DNA of 64,000 bases from Octopus vulgaris (GCA_951406725.2 OX597821.1:114452001-114516000); one strand, 5' to 3'; counted from the stretch's first letter, positions 12,582 through 27,118 are shown. Made by a program: numbers and translations. The notes: generated from the letters alone by a model not told the origin.

Positions 12582-12910
12582 GCGCAGGAGCGGCTGTGTG
12601 GTAAGTAGCTTACTTACCAACCACATGGTTCCGGGTTCAGTCCCACTGCGCGGCAACTTGGGCAAGTGTCTTCTACTATAGCCTCGGGCCGACCAAAGCC
12701 TTGTAAGTGGATTTGATAGACGGAAACTGAAAGAAGCCTGTCGTATATGTGTTTGTGTGTCTGTGTTACCCCCACCCCACCCAACCCAACATCGCAGACC
12801 GATAAAATAAGTACTAGGCTTACAAAGAATAAGTCCTGGGGTCGATTTGCTCGACTAAAGGCGGTGCTCCAGCATGGCCGCAGTCAAAAAGGACTGGAAC
12901 AAGTAAAAGA
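12582..12910 (+). mobile_element. Full-length tRNA-derived SINE family B
   Basis: Head GGCTGTGTGGTAAG...CCGGGTTCAGTCCC (A/B boxes) and a 3' stem-loop CAGTC-aaaaag-GACTG ending AAGTAAAAGA; inserted within a GATA tract. Confidence 0.85.
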
Positions 12911-12948
12911 GAGATAGATAGATAGATAGATAGATAGACGGACAGACG

Positions 12949-13003
<55 letters not shown>

Positions 13004-13008
13004 GGATG

Positions 13009-13079
<71 letters not shown>

Positions 13080-13087
13080 GATGGATG

Positions 13088-13134
<47 letters not shown>

Positions 13135-13142
13135 GATGGATG

Positions 13143-13177
<35 letters not shown>

Positions 13178-13350
13178 GGATGGATAGATAAACAGAGAGA
13201 TAGATAGATGGATGGATAGATAAACAGAGAGATAGATAGACAGAGAGATAGATAGGTGGATGGATAGATAGACAGATAGATAGATGGATAGATAGACAGA
13301 GAGATAGATGGACAGATAGATAGAGGGATGGATACATAGAGAGACACATA
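12911..13350. repeat. (GATA)n / (GATG)n / (GACA)n microsatellite
   Basis: About 440 bp of tetranucleotide repeat; source of the spurious IYLS ORFs. Confidence 0.97.
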
Positions 13351-14311
13351 GAACAGGGTTCTCACTGTTACCATTTGCCAAATTCCCTTAACAAGGCAAT
13401 GGTTGCCCTGAGACTTTAAAAGAAATCGCCATTCCGTTGATTACAATGATGAAGGTTCCAATGATGAACCTAAAACGTCATTCTTTTCTACTCTAGGCAC
13501 AAGGCTTGAAAGTTTGGGGGGAGGTGGGGGCAGTCGATTAGAACGACCCCACTACGCAACTGGTACTTAATTTATCAACCCCGAAAAGGAGGAAAGGCAA
13601 AATCAACCTTGGCGGAATTTGAACTCAGAACGTAACGGCAGACGAAATACAGCTACGCCTTTCGCCCGGTGTGCTAACGATTCTGCCAGTTCGTTGCCTT
13701 TGAACCTAAAACGATATGATTGCATAGCAAACTATTTAACAACAGGGTCATGTCTACACCTTCATTCTTTTCTACTCTAGGCACAAGGCCCGAAGTTTTT
13801 GTGGAGGGTGCCAGTCGATTAGATCGACTCCAGTACGCAACTGGTACTTAATTTATCAACCTGAAGAGGATGAAAGGCAAAGTTGACCTTGGCAGAATTT
13901 GAACTCAGAACGTAAAGACGAAATACAGCTAAACATTTCACCTGGTGTGCTAACGATTCTGCCAGCTCACTGCCTTTTGCCTACACCTTCACTGAGTCAA
14001 CTATCTTATCTACACCTCTGAAAGAATGTGTTGATTTTATGCTAGTAAACTGGTTTCTTAGTTTATAAGGAAGAAACAAGGCTACCAGTAATATAATGGG
14101 GCAGGGCAGTATCTCAGTTGTGCATTGAGTGCACCCTATTTTTTTTTTAGGCACAGCCATGGCTGTGTGGTAAGAAGTTTGCTCTCCAACGACGTGGTTG
14201 TAGGTTCAGTTTGCACTGAGTGGCACTTTGAGCAAGTGTCTTCTACTATAGCCCCAAGCTGACCAAAGCCTTGTGAGTGGATTTGGTCAATGGAAACTGA
14301 GAGAAGTATGT

Positions 14312-14352
<41 letters not shown>

Positions 14353-14465
14353 TCATGATCATCGTTTAACATCCATTTTCCATGCTTATAATTACGTATA
14401 TATGAGAAGTTAGACAACCATCTAAGGGATAATAAATATCCAATATACTACTGGAGGGATACCTA

Positions 14466-14881
14466 TTTCTTTACTACCCACAATGGGCTAAACACAGAGG
14501 GGACAAACAAGGACAGACAAATGGATTAAGTCGATTACATCGACCCTTGTGCGTAACTGGTACTTATTTAATCGACCCCGAAAGGATGAAAGGCAAAGTT
14601 AACCTCGGCGGAATTTGAACTCAGAACGTAGAAGCAGACAAAATACCAATTTCTTTACTACCCACAAGGGGCTAAACACAGAGGGGACAAATAAGGACAG
14701 AGAAATGGATTAAGTCGATTACATCAACCCCAGTGCGTAACTGGTACTTAATTTATCGACCCCGAAAGGATGAAAAGCAAAGTCAACCTCGGCGGAATTT
14801 GAACTCAGAACGTAGCGGCAGACGAAATACCGCTAAGCATTTCGCCCGGCGTGCTAATGTTTCTGCCAGCTCGCTGCCTTG
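14466..14881 (-). mobile_element. Dimeric SINE family C with 16-bp TSD
   Basis: ACTGGAGGGATACCTA at 14450-14465 and 14882-14897 flanks both units. Confidence 0.85.
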
Positions 14882-16059
14882 ACTGGAGGGATACCTACTT
14901 ATATCCAAATGCTTACTGTTGCAAGACAATACTACAATTGAATAATACGTATAAGTAGAGGTAAACAATACAATTGAATAATAGGTGTATGTGCGATGTG
15001 TGTGTTTGTCCCCCACTACAGCTTGACAACCGGTGTTGGTATGTTTACATTCCTGTAATTTAGTGGTTTGACAAAAGAGACAGATAGAATAAGTACCAGG
15101 CTTTAAAAAATGGTAAGTACCGAGGTCAATTCGCTCAACTAAAAATTCTTCAAGACGGTGCCCCAGCATGACTGAAGTGAGTAGAAGAAAATATATTTTT
15201 TCTTTTGAAATTTTGTGCTCAAATCAATTGCCTGTCAACCCTGTACGCACACTACATCACTGACAGTCACATGTTCAAAGGAGCAAAAAGCAAAGACCAG
15301 CTATTCAAAACTAAATGCTATTTTGACCAAGAAAGAGTAGAGACACACAGGGAAAGATATTTCGTTGTTCATAGCCACACAGTTTTTACCCAAGGTACAT
15401 TTCTTCTTTTTTTTTCTCTGTTACATCCAGGACCATATAATTCAGAATCTAAAAACAAAATTTCCCACAAATTACATCCTACCATCTTAGATATTGTTTT
15501 CCATGGTCCTGGATGCCCTCTGCCTGGGAATAATGGCCACAATTGGAATATCTTTGATCATGTGTCTGCTCAATGTCTTCATTTTCAAATACTTAAAAGC
15601 CATAAAGATTATATTATGATGTTGAGATGTTTTTAAAAGCCAAGAATATGATTTAAAAGTTTCCAAGATGTCTTACTATCTCCATGGATAGAGAGAAGAC
15701 TATTTCATACTTCACTGTAATGATTTGAAATTTAATACCTTGCATTATCTAAACTCAGTGGTCCAGTATTAATCTTTTTTAATAATTAACAAGGAGTTGA
15801 CAGATGCCTGGTAAGTGATACACCATCTTTTTTTTTTTTTTGAAATACAAATGGAAGAGAACCTTTAGTGGAAGCCCTCAGCTATATCTTGAGTGACACC
15901 TCAGCACCTTGCATAACCCCTCATTCACAGAGAACCCCATCCAGCTCATTATTTTACAGTTGAGCTATTTACAGGAACCAAAGCATAAAGAGCTAACTCT
16001 GAGCCCCTTTTCAAACTCCACCTGTCTAACACCCATGGACATATTTACAAAGTCAGAAA

Positions 16060-16376
16060 ACAGCACAGCTCCCATGACTTTCAGAAACATTTTTTCATGC
16101 TAAGAGTTGCTGAAGCATGGAACAGACTGCCGGCATCAGTTGTTAGTTGTCGGAGCACTGCATCCTTCAAAACTTCCATGCTTCCTGAGGTTCGCCAACA
16201 CTACACCTGATTTTCTCTCCTCCATACACACGCAAGCATGTATCTGACTCATACATTGTTCGCTTTCCAGACATTTGTACATTACTGCATATACTTTATG
16301 TGCACTTTTGACAAGTTGTGGTGCACCTGAGCACTGTATACAATAATTTCATTATTATTATTATTATTATTATTAT
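16060..16376 (+). mobile_element. 3' end of a CR1-like LINE with (ATT)n tail
   Basis: KHFFMLRVAEAWNRLPASVV (FF..RV...WN.LP motif); a related minus copy lies at about 22070-22320. Confidence 0.75.
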
Positions 16377-16949
16377 AGATAGAAATTTGCTCACATCCAA
16401 CAGCTCTGCTGATTTTTGTTTTCCTCAGTATTTTGAGCATGTTTTTGTTTTTTGTTTTTTCTGGTGATGGGGCCACATATAAAGCATCCAGTACACTATA
16501 TAAAGTGGTTGGCATTAGGAAGCAATTGCCATAGAAACAAGACCTAAACAGACAATGAAACCTGGTACTGTTCCCAGCCTTGCCATCTCCTATCGAAATG
16601 TGCAACCCATGCCACCATGGAGGACAGGTATTATATGATGAAGAGGATCAGTGGTTGCATCAATTTTTTACTTGCAAGAGTTCAGCTGGTGATCCCGGCT
16701 TGGAGTCAAAGAGTGCAACTGGATCTGGCTGGTGTTGCACCTCTTGGAAACACACCAAACATCAAGCACTTTGTTCTTCAATTTTGGTTGAGCAGAAGCA
16801 ATAACATCATCATTATCATCATCATCATCATCATCATCATCGTTTAACATCCGCTTTCCATGCTGGCATGGGTTGGACGATTTGACTGAGGACTGGCAAG
16901 CCAGGAAGCTGCACCAGGCTCCGATCCGATCTGGCAAAGTTTCTACACA

Positions 16950-17109
16950 GTTCTATGTTTAAGAGATGAGGAATTATGTACATTATTTACATTCGACGGA
17001 TATTTGTCCTCATCTTGTTTGTTGTTAGCACAACGTTTCGGCTGATATACCCTCCAGCCTTCATCAAGTGTCTTGGGGAAATTTCGAACCTGGGTTCTCA
17101 TTCCTAAGG
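16950..17109 (-). mobile_element. Partial copy of the hammerhead-containing repeat
   Basis: Minus strand 17072-17027 reads GACAC-TTGATGA-A-GGCTG(gagggtatat)CAGCC-GAAACGTT-GTGCT; homologous to both arms at 48018-48539. Confidence 0.75.
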
Positions 17110-17869
17110 TTGTTGTTGTTGTTTTTGTTATTGCTGCTGCTGCTGTTGTTGTTGTTGCCAGTATGGAAAGCGGACATTAAACAATGATGATGATGATGAT
17201 GATGAGTTGGACTGTTGGTGTATCCATGACGTTCTGGTGATCTGAGGAGCTTGCTTTCTTAATTTGCAGTGACTTGTGAATAAAAAAATTGTATTGCATA
17301 ATGCTGAGAATATTAATGGAAGGGTGTGAGGATAATTTCATCAACACAGAAATTAATTACTACATGAAGCAGGTTGCAAAACATGAGCAAGCTAATTGTT
17401 GTTCTTGGTGTTCACCATCTGTTTATATTGGAGCTTCTGGCATGAATGCCAAGCAGTACAGTGTGTCGTTTCCAAATTTTTGGCAGAGTGAATTGTGTCA
17501 TGGTGCTGTTTTTCTCACAGATGGTACCCAACTGACCCTACGATACTGTGTAGTCAACAAAATCAAAAACAAACAATGTACATGCACAAAATTAAAAATA
17601 TAAATTGGCAACAATCTACCCATCACACCCTGTATATATGTTTGTGTATGTATATATGTGTGTGTGTGTGTATACATTCATATGTACCTTTGTATATTCA
17701 TTTATATATGTGTGTGACAGCATCACTCATGCAAGTAACACAGATTACAAAACAGCTGTCAGCCAATGGAATAAACATCCATTGTTTTATTTCGCTTCTC
17801 TTATCCGATCAATTTTTATATGTGTGTATATATGTGTATATATATCTGTCCGTCTGTCTGGCAATCTAT

Positions 17870-17901
<32 letters not shown>

Positions 17902-18618
17902 CATCGTCATCATCATCATTTAACGTCCATCCAACCCATGCCAGCGTGGACAACGGACGAACGCAGGTTGGTCAATGCCAGCCCCCACCCCCACCTCCGC
18001 CCCAACTGGCTCCTGTGCTGGTAGCACATAAAAAGCACCATTTGAGCATGGCCGATGCCAGTGCTGCCTGACTGGCTCCCGTGCCAGTGGCATGTAAAAA
18101 GCACCCACTACACTCTCAGAGTAGTTGGTGCTAGGAAGGGCATCCAGCTGTTGAAACCTTGTCAGATCAGATTGGAGCCTGGTGCAGCCTCCTTGCTTGC
18201 CAGTCCCAAGTCAAACCATCCAATCCATGCCAGCATGGAAAACAGACGTTAAACAATGGTGATGATGACAAAGATGATGATGTGTGTGTGTTTGTGTGTG
18301 TATAGATTGCCAGAAGACTGACAGATAGATAAGTAGATGTGTGTGTGTTGCGTGCATGTGTAAAGACGTATGTGCATAGTTTGGACTGATTGTTTCAATT
18401 TGATCAAATATCAAATTACCCAACCGTTCCCTTCCCTGGCCCCCATCCCGTTGCCAATGCATCACTTCTTTCCTCGGAATCAAAATATAACAGACGTTCT
18501 CCACAAATGTCAAGAAATTAAGTTTCAGCAAAGCAGAAAACTATTCAACATTAAATTTGAAACTGAAATATTCAAGCACTTAGCTACATACGCCCATGCA
18601 GATGTGTGTGTGTGTGTG

Positions 18619-18664
<46 letters not shown>

Positions 18665-21600
18665 ATTTGTGTGTGTGTTTGTGTGTGTGTGATCATCATC
18701 ATCATCATTTAGCATCCATTGTCAATGTTGGCATAATATACATACATGCATACATGTATGTATATTGTGTGTGTGTGTGTGTGTGTTTAAGAGTTATTAT
18801 TTGCAGTTATAATGAAATACCTTGAAGTTTGATGAATGAAACAGACAAACAGCTAAAAGTCTGGTGTCAGTAAATATCTCCACGTCTTCTTAGTTTCATA
18901 AAACAATCCGAGAGACAGCAATGCGTGAATGAATCATAAACGAATAAAATAAAGCTAATAAAAAATTGTTGTAAATAAAACTTGACCTACATTTCTGTAT
19001 ATATTCCGAGAGATACAGCTCAGTAAATTACAGCACTTTGAGAAATCATACCAGTTCCTGCATTGGTCAGAGATAATAAGCGATCATTTGCTGATTAATT
19101 ACGTCAAATGTGATCAAACATGAATATATTTGCTAAGATAAGCAATCACCTGAGACCAAATGGAACCATATCTCTCATTAGTTGTATTGTATTGTACTCA
19201 GCTTTTCAGGTTAAATGACGTTTAATTCAAACGGATCGATCTGATGTTTTTATCTCTTGGAGAAGTTCAAAAGTTATTCTTCCTATATTTGGTTATTTCT
19301 CACGTTTTCATTAAGAGTTCGCAGTCTTTGTTAATCAGTATTAATTATATCATTCTACTTAATAATGAATGAGATTACTCACCTACATTTTTTTTAGAAA
19401 CTTTTTTTTTTCCTTTTTCTTTTATATTTATGAATGACATGTAGTTGAGGTATGGGAATGCAAACTAAGTGAAAGTGTGGCTTACTGGTTAGGGTATTTG
19501 GGTCATGATTGTTAGATCATGAGTTCAATTCCTGGCAGCATGTTAAGTCCTTATGAAAGATACTTTATTTTACATTGCTCCAGTACATTCAGCTGATAAA
19601 AAATGAGTTGTACCTGCAATTCCAAAAGGACCAGTCTTGTCACATTCTGTGTCACCCTGAATCTCCCTGGCAACTATATTAAGAAGCACAGATGTCTGTG
19701 GAAATACTGCTAAGCATTTTGCCCGGTGTGCTAACGTTTCTGCCAGCTCACCGCCTTTTCCATTCTTGGCTGAACCACACCTTGAGATTATTCAACAGCA
19801 ATTATTTCATGGTATTCATAAATAATTTAATGAACTTTTGTGCTGTCATAATGTGTGAATGTTTTTATTTACTGTTGTAAAATAAAACTAAATGTATTTA
19901 ATGAAACTATCTCAGCCTCCTCGTTGTCTGTCAAACCATGTCATTCAGCTGCTATTTCAAGCACACTCTTAATGCAACATCACTTATATTTTACCTAACA
20001 ATAACCAAATACAAATACAGTATCAAAAAGAAAATGAAGCCATAAAAAAAGAATGGAGCTGTATTTTAAACAGAAGAAGTAAAAATTAAGTCAAATGTAA
20101 AATATATCAGTATTTTATTAATATTCTTTTCTACTCTAGGCACAAGGCACAAAATTTCTGGGGAAGGGTCCAGTTGATTAAATCGACCCCAGTATGCAAC
20201 TGGTACTTAATTTATCAACCCTGAAACGATGAAAGGCAAAGTTGACCTCAGCAGAATTTGAACTCAGAACATAAAGACAAATGAAATACTGCTGAGCATT
20301 TCACCCGGCGTGCTAACATTTCCACCAGATCAACGCCTTAGTATTTTATTAATATTAATAGGTTGAAGGTGGTGAGCTGGCAGAACCATTGGCAGACCGG
20401 AAAAAAAATGCTTAGTGGCATTTCATCTGTCTGTACACTGTGAGTTCAAATTCTGCCAAGACCATCTTTGCTTTTCATTCTTTTGGGGTCAATAAAATAA
20501 GTACCAGTTGAGCATTGGGGTTGATGTAATTGACTTGCTCTCCCCCACACCACCCACAGTTGCTAGCCTTGTGCCAAAATTAAGAACCAACATTAATCAG
20601 GTGGGAGAGAGAATCAGATATCAAGGAGCATATTTCTTCAAAGAATTTCTAACTTTGAGTCACACACTTTATCTTCAAGCAAGCTGAAACTTTGAAAACA
20701 CTGTCAACCTTTTCCTAGTAAAAGTTAATAAACATGAACTCAGCTAAAAAAAAGTACCAGTTTAATGTTAAATTGTTTTCACATATAACTTAGAAACAAG
20801 CATTAATATATACCTATATCTGTCTACATACATGTCAGAGTATGTATGTATATCATCATGATCATCATCATCATTTAACGTCCGTTTTCCATGCTAGCAT
20901 GAGTTGGACGGTTTGACTGAGGACTGGCGAACCAGATGGCTGCACCAGACTCCAAATTTGATCTGCCAGAGTTTCTACAGCTGGATGCCCTTCCTAACGC
21001 CAACCACACCGAGAGTGTAGTGGGTGCTTTTACGCGTCACCGGCACGGGGGCCAGTTTGGCGGTACTGGCAACGACCTTGCTCGAATTTTTTACACATGC
21101 CAATGGCACAGGTGCCAGTAAGGCGATACTGGTAATGATCCCGCTCGAATGGTACCTCCTACATGCTACCGGCACGGAAGCCAGTTAGCCGCTCAGGCAA
21201 CAATCACGCTCAGATGGTGCTCTTAGCACCCTACTAGCACGGGGCACAAGTGCCAGTAAGGCGAAGCTGGTAACGATCACACTCGAATGGTGCCTTTTAT
21301 GTTCCACTGGCACGGAAGCCGGTTAGCTGCTCTGTCAACGATCATGCTTGTATGGTGCTTGTGCCCATCATTGAATTTCACTTTGATTTTGATTTTGATT
21401 TCACTTGCCTCAATAGGTCTTCGCAAGCAGAATTTAGAGTCTAAAGAAGGAAAAGTATATATATATATTTATATATTTATATATATCAAATAATCAGTCA
21501 GACTATCAGACTGATCACAATGCATTTTGGATCGTTTTAGCTTTTGAATGGCTAGGGAGGCAATGCAATAGTACCCTACCCCACATCCCAATTGGAAGGT

Positions 21601-22759
21601 TATTCCATTGCAGGGTGTGCCTGTTTACAGCAGAGTGGACTAGGCCAATGGGAAATGTGTTTTGCTCAGGAATAGAATGTGCTGCTTGCTCTAAGAATCA
21701 TAATAATAATGAAATTATTGTGTACAGTGCTCAGGTGCACTACAACTCATTAAAGGTGTATGTATGGTACATAGAATTATGTACAAAAAAAGGCGGTGAG
21801 CCAGCTGAATCGACTTAATCCATTTCTCTGTCCTTGTTTGTCCCCTCTGTGTTTAGCCCCTTGTGGGTAGTAAAGAAATTGGTATTTTGTCTGCCATTAT
21901 GTTCTGAGTTCAAATTCCACCGAGGTTGACTTTGCCTTTCATCCTTTCAGTATCGATTAAATAAGTACCAATTATGCACTGGGGTCGATATAATCGACTT
22001 AATCCGTCTGTCTGTCCTTGTTTGTCCCCTTTGTGTTTAGTCCCTTGTGGGTGGTAAAGAAATAGGTACATAGAATTATGTACAAAAGTCAGGAAAGTGA
22101 AGAGTGTATGACTCATGATATACACATGTGCATGCATATGGACGTGGGGGACATCAGGTGTAGTGTTGGCAAATTTCAGGAAGCATGGAGGTTTTAAAGG
22201 ATGTAATGTCTCAGCAACTAATATCCGAGGCAGGTAGTTTGTTCCATACTTCAGCGTCTCTGAGTGTGAAAAACTGTTTCCGAAAGTCATCGTACCCACA
22301 ATCACTAGATTGTGAGCACAACAACCTGACAACTAGACCACATGACCTCAAACACGCCTCCCACACACACACACAAGCTTGCTTTGCTACCATGTGGGTT
22401 CTGGTTCAGTTTCACCGCACAGCACCTTGGGCAAGTGTCTTCTACTTTAAACCCTGAGCCTACCAATGCCTTCTGAGTGATATTTAATAGACAGAAGCCG
22501 AGTAGAACCCCATCATGTACGTGTATACGTGTGTGCCTTTGTGTTCGTCCCCCACCTCCACTGCTCGGTAACTGGTGTTGGTTTGTTTACATCCCCTTGA
22601 CTTAGTAGTTCAGCAAAAGCGACTGTTAGGATAAGTAGCAGACTTTCAAAAATAAGTCAATTTTTTCTTTACTAAACCCTTCAATGCTCCAGCATGGCTA
22701 CCATCTAACTGAAACAAGCAAAAAATAAAAGATAGATATATGTGTGTGTGTGTGTGTAA

Positions 22760-22790
<31 letters not shown>

Positions 22791-22792
22791 TG

Positions 22793-22840
<48 letters not shown>

Positions 22841-23586
22841 CTTTTACTTCATATATGCCAGCTCAATTTGAATCATTCTCAGTCGAAAGACATCTGTTGT
22901 TATTTCTTGTTGTTGTATTCGTAATTGCGTACCATGTTCTCTGCTCGTTTGTTTTTTTTTCGTCTTCATTGCCATACACATTCGCTAGCTTTCTTACAAA
23001 GGGAGCTAATGCTCTTAGTTTAGACTTTTTGGGGGACAACCAGATCAAACCACCCCAAGTGTAACTGTCCAAAATGGTCGTGACATCTGGTACTTGACTG
23101 ATGAAAGAAAGCCAAGAATGATCTGGGTTTTTTTTTGCCTGTCCTTCTAATTGTCGTTTCTCTTGTCTGCCTTTGTGTCGTATAACTGTCCGAACGTCTT
23201 AACAACCTCTATTGCGTTTTTGTTCCATTTATATATATATATATGCGCACGCGCATGTGTAAATGTGTGTATGTATGTATCTAACTATATATCTATATCT
23301 ATGTGTGTGTGTGTAAATATGTTTGTATGTATTCATCTATCTATCTATACATAAATATAGATAGATAGATAGATAGATAGATAATGTTATGCATCAAAAT
23401 ATAAAATGGTGAAGACTAATATATATATTTCATTTGGTAATTATTCCATTTCCATTTCGCTTCATTTTTATTTGACTTATTTCTTTCTTGAATATATTTA
23501 CTATGTCTCATTAAAACAACATTATTCATGTCAGGATACTAATAAAACTGATTACTTCAAAATTATTATGGGATTAACATAGTAGT

Positions 23587-23950
23587 AGGCTGTGTGGTAA
23601 GTAGTTTGCTTACCAACCACATGGCTCTGGGTTCAGTCCCACTGCGTGGCACCTTGGGCAAGTGTCTTCTACTATAGCCTCAGACCAATCAAATCCTTGT
23701 GAGTGGATTTGGTAGACGGAAACTGAAAGAAGCCCATCGTATATGTGTGTTTGTGTTTGTCTCCCCAACATCGCTTGACAACCGATGCTGGTGTGTTTAC
23801 GTCCCCGTCACTTAGCGGTTCCGCAAAAGAGACCGATAGAATAAGTACTAGGCTTACAAAGAATAAGTCCTGGGGTCGATTTGCTCGACTAAAGGCGGTG
23901 CTCCGGCATGGCCGCAGTCAAATGACTGAAACAAGTAAAAGAGTAAAAGA
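23587..23950 (+). mobile_element. Full-length tRNA-derived SINE family B
   Basis: Same head, body and AAGTAAAAGAG tail as 12582-12910. Confidence 0.85.
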
Positions 23951-24610
23951 GAGAGCAAAGATAAGGTAGTTAAAGGGAGGTAACTTTAATCTTTGAATTA
24001 CTTTAATCCAGTTAAAGGAATGAAAATAGGTAAAAATAAAGGGTTTGACCCCGAGCAAAAAAAAAAAGAAATGATATAATAGGTGTAAAAAAACTTGCTG
24101 TAAACGAATATGAAAAAATAAATGCGCGCTCGCGAACGGGGTTGGGTGGAGGAGAGGACTCGGAAAATTCACATTGTCAGACCATGACCTTTAAACTCTA
24201 GTGTTTGACTCGAGTAAAAAAAAATTTTTTTAATGGTGTAATAAGTATTCAACATGTCCTTTAAACTCCAGTTTTTGCCCAAGGTGCCATGCAGTGGGAC
24301 TGTACCCGGAACCGTGTGGTTGGGAAGAATATCCATTTTCTTTAGGGAAAAAATCGGATCGTTTGAATTGTCCTGTTCCTCTCCCCACTCTGTTTGCCAG
24401 TAAATATTTTCAACCATAGCCTCGGGCCGACCAACGCGTTCTGTAGGACAAAGGTGGCATTTCAGATTAAAAAATTATCTATGCTATAAACGAAGATGAA
24501 AACAAATATTTGCGCAAAAACGTTTTACGATTTTGTCTTCTACATAATGATATTATTAAAACCAATTGAAGAGCAGATGGTTGTAATCCATTCAAGAACA
24601 CACACACACA

Positions 24611-24659
<49 letters not shown>

Positions 24660-25037
24660 AAATCGAGATTTGTTCACTGGCAAAACATGCAGCACGAATT
24701 TTCGTCAGGGTTTTGCCGTGGTTTCAAAGAACGAAAATATTTTGACACAAACGAAATTTAAATTTTGTAGTGAAAGTAACGGCTTTTGTTGTTCTGGAAT
24801 TGCTTAAAAACATCTTACATGCTGCAAATTCTCATAAATATTCAACCATACTCTGCCCCTATTTACAAAACTTTCCACTATTTTTCATTTTTTATTTGAT
24901 TCTTTATAGAGACAGTTCATGTTATTAAAATAAATTCTCTTTAACAATCTTTTAAATTGTTACGTTATAGAAATAATTATAACCTGTGCGTTGTCCATTT
25001 CTTTGATATAGGTAGCAAGTCCTCATACATACATACA

Positions 25038-25091
<54 letters not shown>

Positions 25092-25092
<1 letters not shown>

Positions 25093-25457
25093 TAGCAGTA
25101 TCGCCCGGCGTTGCTCGGGTTTGTAAGGGAAATAACTATAAAGCATTTTTAGAGAGTTATAGCCAAAAAATAGCAAAAAAATGGAAAAAAAATTATGGTA
25201 AATTTTTTTGAGAGTTAAAAAGGTCGAGTTGCGTCCCCTAGACTGTCTGTGGTTTGCGTTTCTGATTCTCGACCCCATGTCGAATTTATCGATTTTTTTC
25301 AGAACTGGGGGAACTTTTCAAACTTTTCGCTGCGTTAGTTTTGAATTATGACATTGGGCAATGTGTGTGTCAAGTTTCATCAGAATCGGTTGAAAGCCGT
25401 GGTCAGGGTGAGGGTACAACCTAACAGACACACAGACACGCACACAGACAAACTGCC

Positions 25458-25504
<47 letters not shown>

Positions 25505-25505
25505 A
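25092..25505 (-). mobile_element. Non-autonomous Helitron
   Basis: Minus strand starts TC-(TA)n, contains CTGT-type repeats, and ends with hairpin CCCG-agcaacgc-CGGG then CTAG|T at 25095-25092. Confidence 0.75.
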
Positions 25506-25869
25506 AGAGATATCCGGCGTTGCTCGGGATTAAAATGGCATCGTTTGTACATAATGTATTACAATTATGTTGAAACAGATGATATGGGAAAGAGCAGCTT
25601 TGACAACAAAACATTTGTGGAGTAAATGCTAATTCGACTAAGCAACACGCTATGCGTCCGTTTGGAGTATTTCGGGCCCTAACCTGTCACGGACAATTGC
25701 GAGTGGGGGTTATGTGATTTATGAACGCACCAAAAAGCTGTCAGTAGATATACCCTCTTTTGCAGCAGTCAGTGCTGTGTCTAACACGACCCATCATCTG
25801 AAATTTTAACACCTCCTTCGGGTTCGTTGTCCTACATCACTCATACAGTAAATTTGGAGGAACTGCGGT

Positions 25870-26480
25870 TGTTCATTTATGGGTAACATGGAACCAATGT
25901 GGTGATAGACTTGTCCTTGAACTTTGACGTCGGCGTAAATTCATGTTTATCTATCTTCTTAGATGCACCAAACGATGCCATTTGAAATGCAGAGTTGTAT
26001 TGTCTGATATTGTTCAATAAATCCTTTGACTGGATGGAAGTGCCTTCTAGAAGATGCATAAGAGTTTGAGAAGGAGCTGGTAGTGCTGGCAATAATACCT
26101 GACCGCCTGAGCAGCACATACCATTTGTTTCATTTGAAAATTTTAAAGCTCTACAGAAAAGACAATTTGTGTTTAGCACACCAATTTGGACAGAGTTATC
26201 ATTTTTGTAAGAATGGTATGGATCATATCTGAAAACAGCTTCAAGAGTTATGAAGAACGAATTTGTACATAGTCTGTTTCTAAGAGCTATTCTATTGGAC
26301 CTCTGCCTAATCATTAAAACATTGATTTAATTGATCCAGCATTAAGTACTGCAACATGCATTTGCTGATCTTGAGAAAATCTCATCTCGCTTCTGTCTTC
26401 AGACTCGCGCCTTCGGTTTTCTACAATCATCCTTGCTTTATACTTGTTTCTGGTGAGATTACGTCTTTTCTGTGTTTCTC
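25870..26480 (-). pseudogene. Degenerate Helitron RepHel N-terminal region
   Basis: FRYDP...IG.LNTNCLFCRALKF..E..GMCCSGGQV.LP...LLNNIRQYNSAFQMASFGA; frameshifted. A second Helitron 3' hairpin (ATCCCGAGCAACGCCGGAT) is at 25530-25512. Confidence 0.8.
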
Positions 26481-26688
26481 TCGCTTATTCCGTAAATATT
26501 TATTTGAAGGGAGCAGAAACTGAAAGAAGAGAAAGCGAAAAGGACAGAGAAAGAAAGTGAAAGATATATGTGCGTCTATATGAAATGGACGTGTGTGTGT
26601 GTGTGAAAGAGAGTGACAAAGAGAGATAGAATAAATGAGTGAAGGTGTGTGTCGGGATGATTAATGTCTTTTAAGGTACACACACACA

Positions 26689-27106
26689 TGTAGTGATGCT
26701 ACTGTGTAGGGTTCGGCGCGCATGCGCAGAATGGGACTACTTCCGGGTGGCCACCGGAAGTCTTCCCCATGCGCATGTGCGGGAAAAACATCTCTCGAGC
26801 CCGCGAACTTCAAATCCCTCTCTTCGGCTCAAGACAGCCCTGCGATCGGTCACGGTTTTCCTGGCTCTGACAGCCACACACCAGCTTCAACCAACTTCAA
26901 CCAACCTCAACGACCAACACCAGCAGTATATCAGAGGCTGTCTATTCCCCATCAGACAACGTGCAACCATGAATCAATAAACCAAGTTGTCTGTTCACCT
27001 TTAACCTGAGTTTCGTCTGTTTGTTTTCTACAAGAATTATTGTATGTGACTAGAAAGGATCTCGACACCCTACCAGTGCTTCGATGATAGATCCTTTCAC
27101 GTTACA
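26689..27106 (+). repeat. 5' LTR
   Basis: TGTAG...TTACA; by eye differs from the 3' LTR by 4 substitutions and 2 single-base indels; AATAAA at 26975. Confidence 0.96.
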
Positions 27107-27108
27107 AT

Positions 27109-27118
27109 TGGTGACCCC
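27109..27118 (+). promoter_or_regulatory. Primer binding site (tRNA-Trp)
   Basis: TGGTGACCCC two nt after the LTR, complementary to the 3' end (GGGGUCACCA) of eukaryotic tRNA-Trp. Confidence 0.85.

Noticed and set aside
12820-13381. 164-184 aa ORFs rich in IYLS
   Set aside because: Translation of the (GATA)n microsatellite.
15205-15636. 143-aa ORF
   Set aside because: Non-ATG start, no recognisable motif or convincing splice sites, AT-rich; likely chance.
23894-23940. Hammerhead in the SINE B tail (hairpin followed by GAAACAAGTA)
   Set aside because: No CUGANGA box upstream of the hairpin; more likely a LINE-derived 3' stem-loop.
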